Both the position numbers and the translations under genes were made by a program. A stretch of DNA of 64,000 nucleotides from Dudresnaya verticillata. Lineage: Eukaryota. Below, piece by piece: positions 55,867-64,000 of the stretch. The stretch's first letter is position 1. Every line of letters starts with the position of its first letter. Under the pieces are notes generated by a model. That model saw only the letters and a program-made list of their open reading frames with translations, was not told the origin of the DNA and searched no databases. The stretch covers positions 558,001 through 622,000 of the forward strand of contig OZ374561.1 in assembly GCA_977862235.1 (NCBI GenBank), given 5' to 3'.

Positions 55867-56344
55867 ATGAGCGGAGTCGCAGGAGCTTTGCGAGCTGCCT
55901 GGGCGAAGGAACCAGTGGTATGCTTCGCCTGCGTGATCGGAGGAGTCGGTACGTGCAGAAGAACGAGGACCATCACGAGAGTTGGAACGCCAGCGAAATT
56001 CGAAGCTCTAACATTTGGTCATGTGGGTTGACATTGTGCAGGTATTTCTCTTCCACTCTTCGTTCCCAAGCTATGGGGGAAATATCCGGATGCGATCCGT
56101 CGTGAGGAAAGGAAGGCCGCTGCGGAAGCGGTGCGAAAAGAGTCTCTGAGAAGGTCTGGTACGTTCCTCTATCTCCCTTACCATCTTGCTCCGGAGCTTT
56201 TTTTCGAATATGGCCGTTTGCTGATCGTGGTGTCGTGATACTTCTCTTGTACTTTGAACTCATGGTTGCTCAATGGCGCATGATGACGTTTTGCGCATTA
56301 TATCGCAATTCACATCCTGTACAACAGGCTTAACCCGGGCTTAA
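55867..56344 (+). CDS. NDUFA3: Mitochondrial complex I subunit NDUFA3/B9-like; exons 55867-55948, 56042-56158, probably 56328-56344
   Basis: MSGVAGALRAAWAKEPVVCFACVIGGVG-ISLPLFVP matches the B9 'AWxKEPV...IG..G..LP' pattern. GTACGT donors and a CTAAC branch point. The last exon is uncertain. Confidence 0.72.
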
Positions 56345-57220
56345 GTCTGCCGTAGACGCCCCGTTGGACAGCGTCTCGAACTGGAGCGAGGCTTCGAGTT
56401 GAAGAACATGCGTACCCATCCTGTGAACAATGCTAATGTCTATCCCGCAACAATATGAAGAGCGTGAGGAACACAGATAAGATTGAACATGTCAAAAGCA
56501 AGACGACAAGACGTTGTAGTTTTTCAAGATGCTGTTTCTCGCGGCTTCTCGCGATTCTTATCTCTGTGAGTAACGCAACAAAAACAGATGAATGTTATTA
56601 ATGTTAGTCAATCCATTTCCATCTACTCCAGCGACACAATAAGAGACTCCGCTCTGCGTCGACGCGACTGTTGCAGTTTCAGATACCTTGTAGCTCAGCC
56701 TGAAGCGCAATCGTTTCCTCCAACAGAGTTTCAAGTTCTCCAACCTGCGACGCCATCCTTAGACACGAACAACTCAAGTTCACAACTGGACATTCGTCAC
56801 CTAACCCGCTGCGGGCGGTACTGCTTCGTGGCGTACGTTACTGAGATCAGCAAACAATTTAGGTCGCCAGCTTCGTAAATTTTCGATGTGCTTGTGCCAG
56901 TGGTAGTGCCGCGGCCTTGGTACGGTCTCGTTAACTGTCAATGTGCTTGTGCTAGTGGTAGCATTGAGGCCTTGGCACGGCCCTACCAAGGGTAGCGGTG
57001 GACCGAGAAGGGTAGGCGTTGCGGCTGGGTCGCATACTGTAGGGAAATGGACAAGGCCTATTTTTTTGCGATTTGGAAGTTTTATTGTGCGCGTGGCTAG
57101 CACATCTGCATCACATCTACCCTCAGTAGTGTTCGCGAGGGTGGTCGCGTCCCTGTGCTCTCCACCCTTGTTCTCTTCTGATCTTTATCAATTGGTGTTC
57201 CTCGTCGGAGGCCTCCCAGT

Positions 57221-57927
57221 ATGTCTACCACCGCCCCAGTAAACCCAGTTTGGTTGCAGAAACAGTTCTCACTGCGGCAGAGACCAAGAGGGGCACATCT
57301 GATTACACCTGAAGTGCTCAGCGCTGTGAAGGACGAGCTTGCTCGTGTCAAGGTTGGACTATGCCATATCTTCATCATGCATACCTCAGCAGTAAGTACC
57401 GTCATGATCACAGTGAATATCCAGAAGAGCGAGCCAGCGACAAAGTGAGAAAAGTGCCAGACTAATCTTGTATCTGCTCTGAATGTGAATCCGTGCTGCA
57501 AATGTCCTTTGAAATTGCAGAGTCTGTACGTAACTGAAGACAGCATCTTTCTATAGCACGAAAAAACATGCAATGCAACTACCAGCCTTTGCTAACTTCA
57601 GAACTTTCCGTGAATACACCTCTACATCCGAACAGGACGATAAGCGAAAATGCCGACCCTGACGTCTTGGTCGATATGGAAACTCACCTCAACCGCATAG
57701 TCCCTGACGTCGGAGACCCCGGGTGTCCCACAATACGCCATACTGAAGAAGGTCCAGATGATATGGCCAGCCACGTCAAGAGTAGTATCACCAGCACGTC
57801 ACTTTCAATCCCAATATCAAACGGCAGACTTACATTTGGAACTTGGCAAGGCATCTGGCTTCTGGAACATAGATTCCATGGTGGCCCAAGGAGACTCACC
57901 GTTACGATAAACGGCTCGCCGATGTGA
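57221..57927 (+). CDS. yjbQ: YjbQ/UPF0047 family protein; exons 57221-57391, 57521-57525 (5-nt micro-exon), 57636-57927 (155 aa)
   Basis: RGAHLIT, GLCHIFIMHTSA-SL-TISENADPDV, HTEEGPDDMASHVKSS, GRLTFGTWQGIWLLEHR. Confidence 0.92.
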
Positions 57928-58071
57928 GGGCGGTACATCTTCAACAAGACAACAACCCGTAAAATTCCTAGGCAACAACCACATCTAGACTTGAACTCCA
58001 CCCCGGCCAAGAAAAATGATGATAATCGCAAAAAGTCGCTGCTTTGCATGGTTGCAGCCCATATTTTAACG

Positions 58072-59424
58072 TCAGGACCTTTTCTGCGGTCGACCCATTC
58101 TCTTCCGGATTGGAGGAAACACTAACGGGACCTTCAGGGACAGTCGATAGTCTTTTGGACCTTCTTGGTCTTGCTTGCGCCGCACCTTGCAGCCAATTTG
58201 CAATGAATGAGTCAACAGCAGCTTAACGCTAACACCCAGTGCTTCTGCTAGACCGTCCAGTCTGTCGCAATTGCTGAAGCCACAAGCGGTAACCCACATG
58301 ATAATAGCATACACAATAAGGCGAGTAGAGTCGGCCTGAGTCTTTCGCCACAAGACCTGCTTGCCCATTCCCGAAGAATGTGGAACTGCAAACCGCTCCA
58401 AGAGGCACTTCCAGACACCTTCATCCACAGCCATGTCCTCCATTAGCTTGGATTGAGTAGAATAGTTAATAATTTTTGAACAGCCGGAAAGTACTATCAA
58501 GTAGTGAAGATGCATCGCTGCTTGCATACGACGGATACGCGCAGCGCTCGACAGCTCCTTCTCCTTGACAAGGTGTATCAAAGTCTCCCACACAAGGGTG
58601 TTCCACCCCGGGTTCTCAGGAGAAGCAGTCGCTTCTGAAGAAGATTCTATCATGGACAAAGCCTCTTGTTCTAGTGCAGCCAATTCCCCAGGCGTGATGA
58701 GGCCCTCTAGAGGATATGCGCCTTCCCGCGTCGTCGCGCTACTATCATGCGGTGGAGCCATGGATTCCGTCGTACTCTCCTGCAGGTGATGAATTCCCTC
58801 TGCCACATCCTTCTCCCTCATTTCCTTCGCAGCCTGTGTCACCTGGACCTTTGCTTTTTCGTCCACCTTGTCATCTGTAATTCGATCCTTCTCGTACCTT
58901 TCGACTTTCTTCAGGGAACGTTTTCCGCCAAATGTTCGCAGCAGTTCGCTTTTCTGCTCTGCGTATGTTCGCTTCTTGTCTTCAGGGCCAACTGCTGGCT
59001 CATCATGCAAGGCCTGCCGACGACGCACAAACGGTCGCAAGGAATACATGCCGTCAACCTCAAACAGGTGAATAACGTCCGTCTCCCTGTTCCTCACTCC
59101 AATGAAATAGTCGTGGTTCATTTCTGTGAAGCCTTTGCTGGCACGCCACTCTTCTCCCGCCTTTTGAGCGATGAGCTCCGGGCTTTCCCCCTCAACACGA
59201 TCGCCGCCGCTATTGCCTACACGATGTTTCTTCACAAGTCGCATGCTCACATCCTCCATTTGCTGAGGAGCCGTAGACTTGGCAAAAGAAACAAGACCGG
59301 GAAATGATGCCCCTTGCTTCACGCTTTCGCAACGAGACTCCAAGGTTACGACGGACTGGACACGCACACGCTTCCTCGCGAGGTTGGGGTCCCCCCCGAC
59401 AACAATGGTCGGTCTCTCGGACAT
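58072..59424 (-). CDS. RPA49: RNA polymerase I subunit RPA49/PAF53-like (450 aa)
   Basis: YFIGVRNRET, LLRTFGGKRS, PPHDSSATTREGAYPLEGLI, IGCKV and C-terminal LKVPLVFP are typical of the A49 family. ATG at 59424. Confidence 0.8.
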   Translation of the reverse strand: MSERPTIVVGGDPNLARKRVRVQSVVTLESRCESVKQGASFPGLVSFAKSTAPQQMEDVSMRLVKKHRVGNSGGDRVEGESPELIAQKAGEEWRASKGFTEMNHDYFIGVRNRETDVIHLFEVDGMYSLRPFVRRRQALHDEPAVGPEDKKRTYAEQKSELLRTFGGKRSLKKVERYEKDRITDDKVDEKAKVQVTQAAKEMREKDVAEGIHHLQESTTESMAPPHDSSATTREGAYPLEGLITPGELAALEQEALSMIESSSEATASPENPGWNTLVWETLIHLVKEKELSSAARIRRMQAAMHLHYLIVLSGCSKIINYSTQSKLMEDMAVDEGVWKCLLERFAVPHSSGMGKQVLWRKTQADSTRLIVYAIIMWVTACGFSNCDRLDGLAEALGVSVKLLLTHSLQIGCKVRRKQDQEGPKDYRLSLKVPLVFPPIRKRMGRPQKRS

Positions 59425-62400
59425 AATTTCGCGGGCGCTCACTCGTGGATTGCGCCTAGAGGAAGGAACTTCCGTAGAGTGGACTGAAAGTGTGTGGCTA
59501 TTGAGGTGCTCAGACCTACACTTGCTAGTCGGTAGACAAGCAGCGCCCACCGCGGAGCCAAATCAATGGGGAGGGAGTCGCCGGCGGAAGCATCAGTGTG
59601 TCGCTCATTCAACGTTTTCGCGCGAAATGGCACTTCCCAAAAAACAGAAAAAGAAAAAGACAAAAATAACCCTCAGGCAAATACAAAGCTGGCCATCACT
59701 CCCAGCTAGACGCAACTGTGCCCAGCCGCTCCTAGATAAGGTAGAAATCGAAACTATTGGGCTAGTCGAAGGGCACGCACTTGGATGTCCAGAAGCACTA
59801 TAATACTTTCTGGAGAGAATAATACCGGAAGTCCACCATGTTTATTAAAACAAAGACCGGTTCAATGCAATAGAAATCTTCTCGAACTTGGGAGCTAAAA
59901 TGCAATAAAAGCGTCAGCACGTGAAGAATACAGCCCAAAACACATTAGTCAATGTACCAAAAATTCTAAATATTGTTCCCTTCCAGCAAGTTTATAGTAC
60001 ATAACATAGAGCTGTGCTCGATGTTTGACGCCTCGGACCTTCAACACATTTTGTACACACATTTTTGCAGTCTGGGATAGACACACTCTGCTAGCAGAAG
60101 TAGTGGGCTTTGATTTATTTGTTGTGCTGTTGTTTTATAGTGGTCCTGTGCGGGCGACTGGGGCCTACTAACAACCCACACTTCGCAGTGCATAAACGAA
60201 ACGCGTCAAGAAACGTAAAGTACCCAAACCGGTATTTACAGGTATTCCACAATTGGTTTGTTATTAAACATTTGCAGTATCCTTTTCCGAGTTCGTGAAG
60301 ATGTTTTGTCGTTGTGCAAAATTCCAACAAGAAAATTAAAGAACTTCTGGAAGGGATTAGAGCTAAAGAAAAAATGCAGTAAGAAACTTGTTTTTCGCCA
60401 GCCTGTTTGACCTCAAAGGGAGCATTGAGTTCCGTTATTAACTGAAGAGATTGGAGAATATGCATTTCAAATATACACGTTTATTTGTAGTTCGCATTAA
60501 TATCCGATTGTAATGCTATGAGAATTGGGCAAGAGTGTTACAAAGAGGCGACAAAGAAACTCAAGTAAAGTCTTAGAATGATTCTACTAAAAGACTTGGA
60601 CTTGAATAAGACTCCATAGTTTAAAAAGCTTGAACTGGCCTCCTGTCGGCATATATCTAACTTTTGTGTTTTATAGACAAAGAAGGGTCTCAGAGGTTTC
60701 GCCATCTTTCAAAACGGCCTCCCAACTTGAGCCCAACTTTACTATTCTTGCTGTATTGCTGTGTTCTCATAATGAGGGGGGCAGTAGTATGTGTCTTTGT
60801 CTTCGATGGTTGCAAGCCAGGAGTCTAGTATCGCCCTTGCTCAGGAGGCCCAAGAACCTCTCTACACCTCAGGCAAAGTATCTGTATTCAACTCACGTAA
60901 CATTTTAAGTTTATGACTATTCTAAAGTAATGGTCTTGACTACGGAAGGCGACAGGACGGAAGTTGCTCAGATCCCGTGATAAATTTGAGTCTGGTGTGC
61001 TCGTTGTAGACGCAATTGTTCTGGTATCAGTAGTAGCAGAAGGTTTCTATGACTTCTCGTAATCGTTTGTATCGCAGAAGAATATGCCACGATTCTGTAC
61101 TATTGCTCTAGTATTTCAAAAAGGTTTGCCAAATGAACTGGCTTCTTCACCCGGAAAGCTCGAAAGTCCGCCATATTTCATAATGAAGCGCAACAACTTG
61201 AGTCAACAAGCAAGCTGAGAGAACGGCTGCAACTTGAAACTTTGGACAATAGCATTTGTGATACAATGGACAAATAAAAAGCCGTCAACAATGGGCTAGG
61301 TCGAGCAATCTCAAGTGAAAGGCTAAACTGTTCAATGAACGTCAAGACCAGAGGGAGTAGGAGTGTGTGTTACCGATGTCCCTTGCAAAGGGTATTTGGT
61401 ACGTACAGTGTGGCAGTTGTCATAGATATTTACCTAGCGCACATGAAGTATTACTCGCAGTTGTTCGAGCTGTTTGTTGGTGTTGGCGTTTGAGCATTTA
61501 TACAGTACAGAAGTACCTGTAGAGTCCACAGAACGAGAAGGTCTAGACTAGACATGTAGTTCTATGGTAGATAACGGCAAATCACTCAACTCTAGAGGTA
61601 CAGGCATGATCACCGCGCCATCAGCAAGTGAGAAACTCCGGCTTGGCAACTGCTGCGTAAAAGTATGGTGTTGGACAGCTGCCGTAGCCTTCTCCACCCT
61701 ATTTGGAGCAACAGGAAGCTTTTAACACGTTACCGTGCAGTATTCAATAATAATAAAGCTCGAATCACGGACAGTATTATGATGCTATCAAGGCTTCTAC
61801 AATTCTGCAAGCAACAAGTCGAAAATATAGTACTGTACCATATTGAGCCATACCTCATCCTATTATTGGTTGCGGGCAGTATGTCTATTTCGGTTATCGT
61901 TGTACTGTACCAGCGCAGAAGGAATGCTGTAATGTGACTTTTCCGCGATGTGTCTCACGTGGAGATCAAAATGTGGCGGAAACTACGGAATACTGTAGCT
62001 ATATTTTATCTCTGCGGATTACAGCTTGGTGCAATGCTATGTGAATGCGCACACTACGGATGAATGCCAACACACTCCGGTGAAGAAGCAAACTGGCTTG
62101 TGCATTATTCTGTTTTGAAGAATTACAGACCCTTGGTCCAACCTTCTGCAGGCTTGCAACTATTTTCCAGTTACGAAAAACAATAAACCATGATGCTGTG
62201 GTGCACTTCGGGTATCAAGGCGCAGCTATAGACTGGTACAGTATTGCAATTTCCGATTGGGAAGCCCATGGGTCGTCTTACTGCTCCAAAGGAAGACACG
62301 CTTGCTGTACTACGTCTTTATGGTTACAGGGAAAGTTTGTTAATTATGCAGGTCCACCTCGAAGGAGCAAGATCGTTTCGAACAAAACCGCTCGCACGAG

Positions 62401-63873
62401 CGGTGCGTGTCGACAGTGCGCGTTCGAGAATACTGTAGGCGATATTGCCGCCGGACAGATTTTTAATTAGGAGCCGAGTGCGGAAAGGTTTGGTACGTAG
62501 AAGTGCGCCGCGGGGGAGGGGGCTGAGGCTAAGCAGTAAAATCTTGGGCATTGGCAGTCGGAATATATAGACTTTATTTGAAGAAGAACGGTTTCTAGAC
62601 CTGGGCGGGCAAGAGGCTAGCGTTATTGAACAAGCAATTGTGTTCAACACGCAGCGTGTTCAACACAGAGCCTGGCTTCAACTTCTGATCCAAGGAAGAC
62701 GTGGGCAGCCCACGAGCCCATCTTGTGTGACCCCAGCCACGTGGATTTGTAGGGCTTGTCCTGATGAAGAGCACTTTATACTGTACCTATAACATAACCG
62801 ACAGCTGGTTACACTGGTGATGTAGGCCCTTTGAACTTTTAAAAGCATACAGGCCAGCAATGGTGACAACGACGGGCCTCGTCAAAGGCGGATTGTTTTG
62901 AGCAGGTTCCTGCAAGTGTTTGTAGATACTGTCGAAACGTGAGATTCCCAGACGAGCGTTTGCGGAGCTGCACCAGCCGGGTCTGAAAGTGCGAGACTGT
63001 GCGCATGCAGGCGCTTGAGAAAAAGCCGACGGTGTAGACGGGCTCGGCACAGGCACGGGAGGGGCACACGTACTGTTGCGGGTGGGGCGGCAGTGCGGAC
63101 AAAAATAGCAATCCGTGTGGTGAACGAAACTGGCGAGTGCGGCCGGGGGCAGCGGTGGGGCCACCACGTTGAGCGAAAAAGGGCGGCAGTTTTCACAAAG
63201 CGGAACACGCGGGCGATGACGTGAGAGGCAGAGTCGCGCGATTCGCCAATAACGGCGGCCACGCGTGGCGCCACGCGCGCGCATTCCCAGTTCTTGCCTG
63301 CGCCGTGCCCCCGAGCCGCCGCCGGGCGCCCGTCTGCATCCCTCTGGGCGCGCCACGCTCGAGCCCCCACCCCGCCCGGAATCACCCCCGCGATTCACCC
63401 GCCTTCTGACACCCACGACACGCATCGCCCCCGACTCCCGACCTCTCCCGCACTGATGAGACACGCACACGAGAGCTGCCGCGCTCGAGCGCGCTCGCGC
63501 AACGGGAGCGCGTGCGGGCAGGCGAAGGCGGGCGTGTGTGCGCCCGCGTGTGCCGTGTCTGTGCAATGCACATGCCGCCCCGAACTCGGTGCCGCTCTGC
63601 GCGCCAGCGCAGTTTACACCCCTCCCTGGACGCAGACCTTCCTCTCCTTGCCACCCCAGATCGTCCACCCTTACCCTCCCCCGCAACACCCCTGGCTCAA
63701 ACCCACAAGGCACCACACGTCCGAGCCCCACCGTCATTCCCTGGCCTCGCCTTCGGACCAACACCGTCCAGTTCGGGGAGCAGCAGCGGAAGCGCGACGG
63801 CGTCGCCGATCTTCACAGAGCATCTCGTTGCCGTCAACTGCCAGCGCGACCGCAGCACCGGCGGCGGGGCACA

Positions 63874-64000
63874 ATGAGCGCCTTGGTCGGCGTCGTCCAT
63901 CCGGACTACTACCTCCCGCAGCGCATCTCCGTCGCCGCTGGCTTCTTCCATGCTTACCCGCGCCTCGGCAGCTCCATCACCGACTTTTCTACATCCGACG
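63874..64000 (+). CDS. 5' end of a gene running off the window; N-terminus weakly reminiscent of Tweety-family membrane proteins
   Basis: ATG in ACAATG context after a C-rich leader. Open to the window end: MSALVGVVHPDYYLPQRISVAAGFFHAYPRLGSSITDFSTSD. The family call is weak. Confidence 0.4.
   Translation, partial: MSALVGVVHPDYYLPQRISVAAGFFHAYPRLGSSITDFSTSD

Noticed and set aside
59800..61450. AT-rich stretch as a possible decayed gene or mobile element
   Set aside because: No ORF with recognisable motifs and no terminal repeats seen.
62787..63764. 325-aa minus-strand ORF
   Set aside because: Arg/Gly-rich antisense translation of the C-rich leader of the downstream plus-strand gene, with a non-ATG start.

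Overview
Eukaryotic nuclear DNA, gene-dense and intron-poor. It is most consistent with a red alga, probably a florideophyte: it carries a nucleus-encoded phycobilisome linker with a transit peptide, PGRL1, and short GT-AG introns with CTAAC branch points. About 28 protein-coding genes are supported. Recognisable ones: PPC decarboxylase, a 3xKH RNA-binding protein, mitochondrial S1-like protein, a SNAT/NSI-like GNAT, a GNAT-Nudix fusion, PBS linker, YJU2, beta-tubulin, an intronless Dicer, LMW-PTP, GGCT, NSF, SGF11, CARNMT1, PGRL1, ZFPL1, NDUFA3-like, YjbQ and RPA49. Several further proteins are uncharacterised. I found no rRNA, tRNA, CRISPR array or intact transposon. The most notable observations are: (1) a STAND/NLR-like winged-helix+TPR protein with no P-loop and an AT-hook/basic putative DNA-binding N-terminus; (2) a 5-nt micro-exon needed to build the YjbQ conserved motif; (3) a plastid GNAT-Nudix fusion next to a GNAT that lacks its acetyl-CoA motif; (4) a G-patch/HAD-like/Tudor protein; (5) an intergenic TACTGTA/TACAGTA heptamer that looks enriched. 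All family calls come from motif recognition by eye; no database searches were run.
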